Assembly: GCA_046563655.1 (NCBI GenBank)
Contig: CM102283.1
Span: 6,634,001 to 6,698,000 of the forward strand
Direction: 5' to 3'
From: Yuukianura sp. NJ FZ-2021
Lineage: Eukaryota
Length of the DNA stretch: 64,000 nucleotides
Part shown: in pieces, positions 27,764 through 40,215 of the stretch
Layout: the number at the start of each line of letters is the position of its first letter
Position numbering within the stretch: position 1 is the stretch's first letter
Position numbers and translations under genes: made by a program
The notes under the pieces: generated by a model
Told to the model about the DNA's origin: nothing
The model's database searches: none
What the model saw: the letters and a program-made list of their open reading frames with translations, nothing else

Positions 27764-29505
27764 ATGAAATTCATTGGTTGGAATTGGCATCGACTACTGG
27801 TCTTTACAGGGCTCTACTTGAGTCTTTGCATGAACTGCACAGCTCGTGTTGAAATTCCACAAAAAGCTCTCGACGAACTTATTTCAAAAGCGTGTAAGTT
27901 TTATAATAATTAATTATACTTTAGATTTTCAAATTATTTTAATTCCTTTTCTGAAGTGTTCTCAAACGAACATTTATATGTAATGTTCAATGTTACAGTA
28001 GTTGAAACGATAGCTCAGCGTCAGAGAGATCTCATAGATGCCGAAGAATTTGACGACGTCATGGCTGACCAAGATCCGGAAGTGTATCCGGGATTTTACG
28101 AGGTCAGCCAGCACTAGATTTGCCTTATTTTCCAAATAACTACTGTAAAAAAAAACTTTTAACTTTTCAAAAAGTATTTCAACTTTACAGGGTGACATGG
28201 CTGGAGTAGGAACGGATGAGGTAAGTAAAATGAACTGTTAAGTACTAAACTTCAATTTCCACTGGAAATTGTCCAATATGTAAAAAAAACGTCAATTTTT
28301 CGTTCTTTCAGAGTTACCGTCTAGGCATAAACTTTGATACGTTTCCAGAACGAAAATGGCCGAACAGAACTGTAAACTATATCATCAGTCCCTTATATCG
28401 TAAGTTGTTACTTTTCTCCAATTACTAACACAATGAGAGTTAGCAATAGCAATTAAGGTTAAGGCTAATTAATTGAGTTTAATTTTTTGTTTTAGTTCCA
28501 CAGGAATTTGTAATAATAGAAACAGCACTGAAGGTGCTTGGATTCTATACTTGTATCAAATTCACAAAATGGGATGGAAAAGCAAACGATTATTTGGTGA
28601 TTTGGCCAGTTGAAAAACCAGCCGGGTATGAAAATGAATATTTCAAAAATCTGAAAACTATCAAAAAATTTTTTGGTTTTTATTAAAAAGTTTTTTGAAC
28701 TTTTTTGTTCAAGTTGCTGGTCTTATGTCGGACGACTCGGTGGACCTCAAATTGTGTCACTTCAAGCTCCGGATTTTAAATCTGCACAATGTTTTTCCGG
28801 AATCGGAAGACCACTGCATGAAATCATGCATGCACTTGGAATATTTCATGAGCAGTCACGACCAGATAGGTGAGAAAGTATTTAACTAAAAACCAAAAAA
28901 ATTGATAAACTGTTGTTAATGTTAACCTGAATTTTAAAGGGACAAGTATGTTGACATTGTCAAAGGAAATGTACTCAAAGGTTTGTCAGAAATGTCACAA
29001 CCTCTGAAATTTTCCCCATTTTTCGCCTTTTTTTTTTCAAATTTCATGAATTTTCTTGTTTACCCCAGGGTTTTTAAACAATTTTGACAAGCTGCATCCA
29101 ACAAATGTATCCGCAGCATACGAATACGACTACAACTCCATCATGCACTATGGTGTGAACTTCTTCAGGTTAGAAAACCAGTGAAATTCACGAAGTTAGT
29201 GAATTGGATTTCGTATGAATAGATGAATTATGGAATTTGAATTTGAATTGGATTTTGAAATTCATTGAATTTTTATGTTGTATAAAAATGTTATGAATTT
29301 TTATTTATTTTTTTATAGTAAAAACAGAAGAAATTCTACAGTAGTGCCGAAAGTTCGTGTGAGAGGCAAACCAGTACCGATTGGACAACGCATCAATCTG
29401 AGTCGTCTGGATTGTATGAAGCTAAACGCACTTTATGGCTGTTACGACATTTCAATGTTTCATAAGCGACAGTACACCACTTTCTGTAATTTTCTCGGCC
29501 TTTGA
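27764..29505 (+). CDS. Astacin-family (M12A) zinc metalloprotease, secreted, multi-exon
   Basis: Signal-like N-terminus; GCWSYVGR; HEIMHALGIFHEQSRPDRD; YDYNSIMHYG Met-turn; IGQRINLSRLDCMKLNALYGC. Confidence 0.92.
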
Positions 29506-29705
29506 ATGTGATGACTCTAAATTAAAGTTAAATTAACACTCAATCCCACTCAATTAACTGTTTCACCAAAAACGTTAAAAATCATAGTTAACCACATTTA
29601 AAGTTCAATTGATCGGTGAGTATTTTAGCAAATTCTCCATTTTCACTTTTCATTTTCTAAACTCCGCATTTGAGCAAAACTATTTTCACAAATTGGCAAA
29701 ACATC

Positions 29706-30270
29706 ATGCTTCTTCAGCATCTTTTCAGAAATGTGTTGGTGATGCTGGCAGTGCTTGCGAAAGGTAAAGTTATTTACCTACATTCAGATTCTCAGATGAA
29801 ATTAAGTACAAGTTAGGTTTAATTTAACTAAAATTATTATGAAATTTATAAAATTATAGAATTATAAAAGTTATAAACATTTTTGTTTCATATTCATAGG
29901 TACTACGGCCGGTTCGTACACTAACAATGGGAACAAAATGGACTACTTGGAGCCGAAATGCCTGTCGCTACTTTCCAATGAAGTTGGTGGCAACACTGCA
30001 ATGCTCGTGGACGGTTGGATACCGATTGAAAAGGACCGAATTATTGATACATCCGTGGCCTATGCTCTTAGTAGTCTGTCGATAGTTGAAGCTGATGGGC
30101 CATTGACAATAGACAATCAGAAGATGGATGACATCATTGAAGCTGTTGTACAAGGTTTTAACATTACTGCAACCCACGTAGCATATGAGTTAGGTAAAAG
30201 GTCAAAGCTGATGACTACGGCTTCACTTGCGTACATTTGCAACGCGAAGGATTGCTGTTACTTAAAGTAA
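29706..30270 (+). CDS. Small putative secreted orphan protein (~142 aa; exons 29706-29763, 29900-30270)
   Basis: Signal-like MLLQHLFRNVLVMLAVLAKG splices in phase 1 onto ORF 29938..30270; Cys-rich C-terminus YICNAKDCCYLK. Confidence 0.6.
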
Positions 30271-31311
30271 TCATAAAATTTGAGAAAATGCCGATGTTAA
30301 GTGTCACTTGAAACAAAAATGTTTTGTAGCGCACGCAAAGGCATACTAAGCAAGTTTTAAACAAAAGAGCTCTCTTGTCATCAAATTTTTTGTTGTAAAG
30401 AGCCTAATAAAATTGTCCTTTTGGTTTTTAAAAGTGACGATTTTCTGTTTCAATGTGGGTACTACAAGCGTCCCGGAGTCCCGGTTAAAAGTTAAGGTTT
30501 AATAGAGTAGACTGTGTAAGATGATCTGTCGAAGTGTTAATGTTTCACGCCCTTTCTGACCCCCGCAAGCATAAATTTCTCCAACCACTTCTAAGACAAA
30601 GACAAGTGATTGTTTGTACTATTTTGAACTGGTTTTTGAAAATTCCGATTGGCTATGGCTCATAAAAACTAAAAACAAAACGGTAAAGATTCACATACAA
30701 CAACGCCACGTCACTTTTAGGATTTTCAGTCATCCGAAATGACTTTGAGAAAAAGTGTCGTTACATACTCCGCCGGTGTGTTTATCTACGGATATTTGTG
30801 TACCGCAGCGTTATCATAATACTTCATACAAGATTAATTGTATTGGCGACATTCCTGGAATCACTCAGTGTACATAACGTAAAATACCCATCTAATAAAA
30901 GTCGTTTTTTTTAAGTTTTAAGTATTGGGATTGGGATTAGAAGAGAAAGGGACGGACAGACCGACAGATGAGGTAATTCCGTTATGTGGCTATTACCAAA
31001 TACATTTTTGGAGTTCATCTCAAACTGCCCCCACAAAATCCTAACTTTGATTCTCCTCCTCCCCATCCCGCCTCAACTTTGCTTCTCTTTTCCCTGTGAT
31101 CTCTTGGTTCTGTTTTTTCTTGCATCTTGTTAACATTCGTCGTACTACTCCTTCAGAGTAAACTAAATAATAAGTTGAATGGAGTGGAAGGCTGATTTAG
31201 TAGGATAGCACGATAGGTAGTTAACTAAGATTTATTTCGAAACTCCAGTTTCGTCAGTCGGAAATCAACAGTGCTTCAGCAGTTTTGGTTGACAACAAAC
31301 GTAACGGAACC

Positions 31312-33849
31312 ATGAATGCCGCTGTGCTTTGCGTAGCGTCCAATCCGTCTCCGTCTCCGTCGTCGTCGTCGTCGTCGCCAAATTCGACAATGTTGAAGGG
31401 AAGGCCAAAGCAAAGTGTTACTGCACAGTAAGCATATTTATTATCAGTTGAATAGATGTTATATTAGTATTGGTCGTTCAAATTACTGATGCTGTAATAC
31501 TGTGGACTGTGAGAAGTATGATGAACAACGTAAAGGGGTAAATATTTCATCGTTTTGATTTTTTTTGGTTTTGCAGAATTCGACAGTCAAATATATTGCA
31601 TCGACCACACTCAACATCTACACACGGCGCTAACCCTAAGGAGATGCTTGAAACGTTAATGCCGAAATTGAAGCTTCGAAGACCCCAATCGTCAATGATC
31701 TCACAACGGAACCCCAATCCCATTCCAATTTATGGGGGCTTTCTTCCCCACATAGTTGAACAGATCGACAAAGCCAAGCCGAAATCAAAACGTTTGGGCA
31801 CGAGAGGTCAGAGTAGTTCGAAGATGAGGGTCAAGAAATGTTCCGTCATTGTTGAAAGACTGGAAGAGACTCCGCTCATGAATCCGAAAACTGAGTCACA
31901 ACTACTTGCGGCTTCCCATACAGCTTCACAAGTATCATCAACATCTACAACTGATACCATGGACTTGGAATTTAAAGATCATGTTCCTTGCTCGCCAATT
32001 CCAGAAGCTGGCCATGACCAAGATTTTCCTATGCCCAGAATTCGGAAATCCCCGGAAAAGCATCCAACGTATATGCCGAAGAGACGTAGAATCGTTAACG
32101 CATTTGGGTCGGAAGAGGAAAAGGACGAGTTTGCATTTGATTCTGACGAAGAACTGCCGGACATATCTTCGTGTTCTGTTGCCAAAAAGAATCCTGATAA
32201 TGAAAATGGATCAACAGGAAGAAATAATTCTCACAATTGGGATTCAGACTACAAATGTCCAGTACCGATTGAGAGAAAATCTGCTATCGTTCGTCCTCGC
32301 CGAATCAACCCGGAACGAACTGTTCGGTCTCAAGCAGCAAGCGAAAAGGAAAACCAATATAACATTTCTAAAGATACAGAAAGTGATGACGAAGAGTTCC
32401 AGAGGGCGATCCAGGAGTCAAGGCGAAGTAAGTAGCTTTCGGTACACCTAGATTTGATTTTCATTAATCATCAATCATTCAATCATAATCATTGATCATC
32501 AATTTTTAGATTTTCTGTTGATTTTTTTTTCAGTGTCGGAGAAGCAAAAGAGGATTGAGTCGGAGGCTTCTAAACTTCCAGTACCGCTATCAGGAGTTCC
32601 CCTGACTGAGGAAATGCGTGAGTTGGTCAAAGACAAGCTTGAACTGCCACGCGACACCAAAATTGTTTCCAAATTCCGGCTGACAATCAAACAGAACCAT
32701 TTGGCTCTGTTCAATGAGCGCGAGTGGTTAGAAGATCCAGTGAGTGCCGTATTATAGCCTATGGTTGGGGCATTGGAATTTGTACTTAAATTGTCAATTT
32801 TATTCATGTGTTATTAGGTAATCGATTTCTATCTGGAGATGATCAAGGAACGCAATGACCAAATGCGATCGCTGGGATTCGACTACCCGAACATCTACGT
32901 ATTTCACGGGTATTTCTTCAAACTCTGTTCCAAAAACGAATTTGAGGCTGTAAAGGAGTTCACAAATGTAAGCTCAGAAATCACTTGTGGTAGCCAAATC
33001 AAATTCTCACCAATTGACTTGGAATTTTAGGAAAACATCTTCCATTATGATCTGGCATTCTTTCCTATTATCATTCGGGACCACTGGAGACTCGTGGTGG
33101 CTGACTTCAAGAAGAAAACTCTGTTCTGTTACGACTCTTTGTTTCGAGTTAACGACCTCAGTCTAAAGGTTAGTGTTGCACAAAGCTTTGTATATTTAAC
33201 ACTTACTACAAAATACTTGGCACTGACTTCGCAATTCTTACTACACTTCTAGACAATCTCCAAGTACTTGGAACAGGAGTACAAGTTGAAAGTGGAGAGG
33301 AAACCCCGGGCTTCCCTGAACAAGACTGAACCTGATGTACCGGACAATTCTACTACGATGTCTCCGGAATCAGAACAAGATGAGATAAATGATAACACTT
33401 CCGACGTTTCTACGGTTATCTGTGAAAACGACGGAGAAGAGGATCTAGTACCTCCGCAACTAAATACTTCCACAACAGTTCCAAGCATCCCATCCTGGGA
33501 ACAATACTTCGAAGAATGGACCGTTGACACGCCAGATCCAATCCTAACGGTAATTATCGTTCGGCATCGTCAAATTCTATGCTTTTGTCGGATATTGAAT
33601 ACTGTTGCATTCATTTTTTCTGACTAGCCTCTGCCACAGCAAAACAATGGACATGACTGCGGGATCTTTCTATGTCAGTATGCCGAAGCGTTGGCACGCG
33701 GTGTCCAGCCTCCTTTCGATTTCAGTCAAGTGAATATGCTGTACTTTCGGTATCTCATGGCATATGAAACGATCCAAGGAAGACTCGTTGATCGAGGTGC
33801 TCCAGTTCCTGTCATTTCTACTCCTGATTCAGATTCACCTTCTACTTAA
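31312..33849 (+). CDS. Ulp1/SENP (peptidase C48) SUMO-protease-like protein with UIM-like motif
   Basis: WLEDPVIDFYLEMIKERN, FPIIIRDHWRLVVADF..YDSL, PQQNNGHDCGIFLCQYAE (His-Asp-Cys triad and oxyanion Gln intact), FSQVNMLYFRYLMAYE. Start codon uncertain because the frame stays open upstream. Confidence 0.88.
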
Positions 33850-34479
33850 AGTCAACTTACCATTAATCTAAATGTAATTAATGTTCCGGAACAAAGTTAA
33901 TTAGTTTCGCGTCGAAAGAGGTAAGCGATCAACCAATATTTTACCTATTAAGGTAACTCGCGTAGGCTACTCTAGTAAATTCCACTCGATAAAGGTTACA
34001 CAGGTTACTCACTGCCTTATTAACCTAATCATTGTTTAAGTTAAGTCATTTCATAACTCGCTTTTTAGGATTTTAAAGGATCTTCTCCTTTGCGTTCCAT
34101 TTTTTTTTACTGAAACAAGCCTTAATCCTCCATGTCGTTGGCGTTATACTCGGCAATTTGAAAACTAATTTAATGCCAAGAAAATTATAGTTGTAACGGA
34201 GGCTAAAGGTAAACTACTTGACTAATTCAAGGATGAAATAAATTCCCAGTCACTGAATCATCTGAAACTCAAACTGAATACAATTCGGCTTTTAATATAA
34301 AAATTAGAAATCAGGTTGCAATTTTACTAAATAGTTAAATAATTAACAAGCGAAGGCTATAAGGCTACCGTTTAGTTAATTTTCGATTTCTAAATCTTAT
34401 AGAAAAGTTCATATCTGAAAAACTTGCGACTGGTCCTAAAGTTTTTTTTTGTGGTTGGGGTAAACTTAAGTGGCAACGG

Positions 34480-34655
34480 CTGTAACCATCATGGTAACCA
34501 CCGGCGCCATATTTGTATCCACTCGGTGGTTGCACTAGGTGGTTACATGTAGCCACGCGTTTTTTAAGCCAAAACAGCTGTTGCATCGTAACCACCCAGT
34601 GTATCGACAAACTGGTTACAAATATGGTAGCGGTGGTTACATTATATTGTTACAA
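34480..34655. mobile_element. Foldback/MITE-like imperfect palindrome built from ggttac/gtaacc units
   Basis: ~60-bp arms 34494-34555 and 34580-34640 are reverse complements; the ORF track gives GYKYGAGGY and GYKYGSGGY on opposite strands. Confidence 0.7.
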
Positions 34656-34733
34656 CAGATACCATGTAGATTTACCGTAACCGTTTTTTTAAAAAAAACA
34701 ATTCATGCATACGAGTCATTAATTAGTCTTTGA

Positions 34734-36141
34734 TTATCCCGACGGAACGGAAGTACTGTAGAGCTGTCTGCTGTCCTCTGTCAACAGAGGTAATTTGACC
34801 TTGGTCAATTGAGGTACTGATATTCCGTTTTGATTTTTAGGTGAAATAACATGGACTTGCTGGGTTTTGCCGAAGTTGAGTTTTCTGTCGTACTGCTGAA
34901 GGTCATCACGACAATCACGAATTGGTATGCTACATTGACGCAGTTTGTATTTGGATACGTAGTCTGAATATTGTAGTGGTTGAGGAAGTACTGGAACTGG
35001 AAGTACTGGAGCTGCTACGGAGGAGTCTGATTGGTCAATCATTGGTTCTCCTTCTTCAGAAGTATTTGAGATTGTTTGGGACTGGAATTCAGAAGTAGAG
35101 ATTCGCTGTAACGAGACTGACGCAGAAGGCAAACGGTATTCTACCGCAGACGAAGCAGAACCAATTGCAGATGAAGGTTTTTGCGAAACTGTGCTTTTCA
35201 ACTTGACCACCTTCTGATGCTGATGCTGAATGCTGCCCCGATCCTCATTTCCGTGTTGCTTTTGTAGTTGTGATTTGCTCAGGTGTCCTCTTTGTTTGCC
35301 AGAAAGTGACTTATTTAGACTGTCAGTACCAGCTCTAGGACGTCGTCTTACTAGTTTCTTCCAAGATGGGCCGCTGTCCTCTGTCTTCGTATCAGAGCTG
35401 AATGTTACATGCTTTCGTTGAGAGTTGCCAGACGTGCCTTTCGTTGAAGGTCGTTTTGTCACATCGCTGGATTTGTCGGAGCGCGGTTTCACTACTGTAA
35501 CTATTTTCCTGACTTGGTCAGTCGTATGAGATGGAGACGGAATAGAAGTTGTAGCTATCGGTGGAGTGCGTCGAATGAGTGAATAGATCATTTTCGGCGA
35601 CAGACCAAATCGGACCAAAAAGTCGTACACGAAACCATAGTCTGCAGTATACAGCGCCCGTGGATAAATGCGTATAAAATGAGCCAGTTCTGCCACTGCT
35701 TCTTTGACCGTTGTACATAGTTGGTAGCTTCGTATTATAATTTCCGAGTCTTGGATGTCGAAGTCTGTAATTTCTCCGAAAATCACTTGTATAGCTGCAT
35801 TTGGAAAGGGGAGTTTCGGTCGTAATGAATGTGATGCGTCCTCAGATGCCTAAAATAAATCAGTGAATTGGTCTTTGCTTTCATACATTTATCGAAACCT
35901 CTAAGTTTACTAAAGTTTAGACTTGGAATCTTACCGGAAGTGGTATAATGATTTCTGGTGCAGCATGTTCATGAATGACATTGTTTTCGATGAAGATAGA
36001 GCGGAGTTCAGCCAAGTCTGGATGGACGAGTACTGCGGGATGCATGTAGATTGTACTAAGGACGTTTCTCCATAACGTAATCACCAACGAATCCGGAACC
36101 ACAATCAGCTGACCGTCTTCAGTAACGACAGTTTCTAACAT
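34734..36141 (-). CDS. Uncharacterised protein (~440 aa; exons 36141-35935, 35849-34734) with basic/Ser-rich C-terminal half
   Basis: Long ORF and a phase-0 GT-AG intron; RKHVTF RVxF-type motif; no family recognised. Confidence 0.65.
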
Positions 36142-39100
36142 TGTAATTCAATTAGATTAGACTTCCAGAAATCATTTAGCTTTTATCGTAGGGTAATTCT
36201 AATATCCTTTGTGAGTAATCCTGGAGTGTTTTGGAGGTTGATGCCCTTCCGTTCTTCCGGAATTTGCAGAGATATGATATGATAAACTGGATCTGGATGA
36301 TGAAAACGAAATCAAGAGTTTCAGCAGGGTCATGAACTCCCCGATTGTAAACATTCGAATTTCCTTCCCGCGTTTTTTGTTCTAATAATCGGAGGCAAAA
36401 ATAGATTGAGTTTTGGATGGGATAATGTGAGACACGATCCACGAAAAATCTTAGAACAATAATGATTTTTCTTACTATTTTTATTACGTCTTTATTTATT
36501 TAATTATTACCAAATTGATCATTAATTAACTTTTATCAATTTACAATTAGCATTCCTACAGAGGTATTGTTACTTATAGTTAAAGTCTAAACCACGTTCA
36601 ATGAAATAATTCAAGAGTTGAATCTGCATGTTCGAAGCTCTATTGTTCTAGAAAAGTTCAGCGCCCTATTGACCTATCGGAATTTCCCGGGTATTTTCTG
36701 TAAACCTAACCTGGATGCAAAGGAAAAGAAACCTTGGATTTTGGAATTGGATTGTAGTATTCTTTGACCCCGTTAATCAAACTAATTCAATAAGTGCACT
36801 TGAAAATACCGATAATTGTCCAGTACTTTCCAAAACTAAAAATATCTCTCAAAAGATTACAACTCCAAAGGTCAGTTTACAAGATTCTTGACCTTTGACC
36901 CAAATATTAAGCAGCTGAACACGCACTTAACTGAATCGTTCACTTCTTCAGCAATATTATGCTTGTTCGAGTTTCATATTTCATAAACATGCAACATTTT
37001 TTTTAATTTTCGAATTTTTTTACTGATTAGGTTCGATTTTTCGAAAAGGAAAAGCTTGGAAGAAAGCGAATGTTCCTGACCTACATTTAGAAAAATTGTG
37101 CAAAAGTCGTGACTTGGACTCTCCAATCTACAGTAGAAGTTACTAATAGCAAGCAAGATTTTAAGTGTTAATTAAACTTTTTAGAAATCGAATTAATTTT
37201 TTTTGATGAGTCATCTAAATTGATATTAACTTTTTATGTAATACAAGGACAACTGTACACACGAGCGCTTAATCATAATTTGAAGTTGTCATTTTATTTG
37301 ACTTTGGTTGAATTCGGAACAATAAACAAAAGAATTGATTAATTTATGTTTGTTTTAGACTAATCCCTGCTGTAGTCCATGTCCAACGCTTACCATCTAA
37401 AAAAAATTCGGATGAAAGTGTTACACCAAAAAGCCACAAGAAAGTTCGGGGTTTAAAAAAATTGCAAGAGGGCAAGAGACAAGGAAAGGAATTGTTTATT
37501 TCACAAAGTTTATCCTTGTCCAACATCTTTTTTGTGTCTGTGACGGATGACGCCATGACTTGACAAGGAAAAGATGCTAATCACAATTCTCCGTAAAAAG
37601 TAGACCGAAATGTATGAAAATGAAAGAGTTAACGTTAATTTTTAAAGTTAAAAAGGATGTCAACATCCTTTTTCCGATGAAAGCACAAAGCACTTCTGAA
37701 ATTCAATTTCAGACTAAAAAGTTTGCAGTATTCTTAGAATCTGATTTGTATCTTTGACATCTTCCTGTCACCTATAAGATCAATGACGTTAGTATTTCAT
37801 TAAAAAAGTCAAATGCTGAAATGTGAGCGACCTTACGTAACCTACTTTCAGAGACAAACATGACATTTCCGACAGAAAGAAAAAAAAATTGTGATTTTTT
37901 TAGTAGTTAGTACATATTTGAAGCACATGGTTTGATGCACTGTGTGCCATTTTTCAAACTTTATCGCACGCGTTTCCTTGAATCTAAGATTTATTATCCA
38001 GGACACACTTTTGGCTGTTTCCGAAAATTCTGACTGTGTTGTAATAAAAACACACAACTTTTTCTCTGAACTTTTGTCTTTCGTGGAACTAGAGCAAAGT
38101 TCCGCAGTCCAGTTGCTCCCACCATGCCTAATTGAAGCTTTCTAGAACAAGAAAGCACAAACTTTCCTCAAACCTAAACAAAAAATTGGCAAACGAAACG
38201 AATTTAGTCAGAAGTTGGACTTTGGCCAAACATCCTACACCTAAATTTCGGGAAAAGCCCGTGTCACTTTTCGCCGACACACTTATTTGCACAGCTACAC
38301 AGTAAAGTGCTAAATGGAAAATTCCGTGAAATATGGTTGATGATCGATGGGAATGACGAGATGAGATAAGTTGACGCAATATCAATCGATGGATCTTCCT
38401 GGAAACAATCAAACGGGAATTACACTGAAAGCGAAAGGTCGTAAAGTGAAATGATGGAAGTTTTACATCTACACACCACACTCCATTGTGGTTTTGGACA
38501 TGATATGAATTTTATTTGCAAATGAATTGCAAACTTATATTCACCTGCCATCGTCAACATCCCTGTTAACAAACAACTTTATTACACTATTAATGGAGAT
38601 GCTTACGCACTACTGCTGGGTTTTATAACTTTTATGGCTGTTTTGTGTTGTTTATGACGCAGTTTATTAAAATACCGTATTTTCTCGCACTTAATACGGA
38701 CGTGGCCTATCCTGTTCGGACTGGATCATGAGAACAATGTTATGTAATTTTGATTTTATGTTGTGTAATTATGTAATTTAAAGGTAATTCTGCTTTTGTT
38801 TTCTAATTCGTTAACAATTCGAACAAACGAGTTGGCAAATGTTTTGAAACAGACACAAAATTGTGGAGGAGAAAGTCGTTCGAGAAAGTGAAGCGCATTT
38901 GAGTTTTTTTCTTGAGCTGATTGATTACAAAGTTCGGAAATTTGTAGAATCAAAACAAGTCTAGAAAAAAATTCATCAAGGATACAAAAGTTGACAGGTC
39001 ATTGGAGTTCATCGGTTCTTCTCCATAGCTTCTAATACTGTTTACTTGCTCTCAGAATCGGAAAAGTGCAAATTGCCAAGAAAAGCAGTGTTATCATCCT

Positions 39101-39308
39101 TGTTTCTGCTTCAATTGAACCAAAGTCCACTGAACAAAGTGATTAGTTTGTACATAAACAATACCAGCAAAATTGCACGAGATGTTCGAGTTTGGAATTG
39201 GATGTTGTACAGCCTATCATCACTGATGATAGGCCTGTACAACATCCAACATCAGGACAGTCCATGGGTATCATCCTTCAAACGCAACTCAAGTACTGAA
39301 GAAGAGGC

Positions 39309-39345
39309 TATAAAACTGTGTCGTCAACACGTGGAACACAGTCAG
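39309..39345 (+). promoter_or_regulatory. Candidate TATA box + Inr core promoter for the PH-like gene
   Basis: TATAAAA at 39309 with ACAGTC/TCAGTT about 31-35 bp downstream, followed by a putative non-coding exon ending cag|gtaatt near 39506 and an acceptor near 40020. Confidence 0.45.
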
Positions 39346-40215
39346 TTTCAAACCAAACTCGAGAGAGGAAGGAACTTACGCCACTCACTAAATACTAAAA
39401 GTCAAGTGCCAACATTCAATTGACACTTTTGAAGTGTGAGAACAATTTCTAAAGAAAAAACGAAGTCAACCAACCATTGTCATTTTTACTACAGTAATCT
39501 CATCAGGTAATTCCCAAACTGTCACTACTTACTTGCATGTCAACTATTTATACAGTAAATCCTCTCAAATTGTAACTCGTTGTGATTGGTTGATGATGCG
39601 ATTGGTGCCTACCTTAAACTTTTTAATTAGTAGCATCAGAGGTGCTAAACACCCAAAAGTTTGGGTTTTTGGGGTCAAAACGTCAATAGTTTCTTTGTTT
39701 CAAAAAGTTAACGTTTCGCTACCCTCCACCCAAAAAAGTGTTCCAATTTGAGAGTTTCTACTGTATTTCCATTTAAGGTTGTATACTGTAAAAAGTAAAG
39801 TAGTATGTACGCAAAAAACGTTTTTTATTGTCACTGTGCAATAAAAGGCAACTCAAGCGAAAAAGTGAACACTTTTTCAATTGTATGTTGTCACTTTGTA
39901 AAATGGTGTCTCACCGCATGCAAAAATTTTCTATTGTTTGCTATTCTTTAGCGACAGTGATTCACTCAAGCGAATTCATCCTGTATATAAAACTTACCAT
40001 TTTGCGATATATTTTTCAGGGAAGAACGAGGAGACTTGCTATTGCTAAACATTACAGTCATCGTCAGCATTGGTAAAAACCTTTGTATAAACCACCCACC
40101 AGGGACACGGACTGAAGGCAGACAAAAGCCTAGGAATTAATCATCAAGTCACCTGCTGCCAAGCGTATCGTCTACTTGCTACTTGGATTCTACCGTCATA
40201 CTTGCTAGTATCATC

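Noticed and set aside
30940-31010. gacggacagaccgacaga microsatellite resembling a DINE/Helentron core
   Set aside because: Too short, with no convincing subterminal repeats or hairpin.
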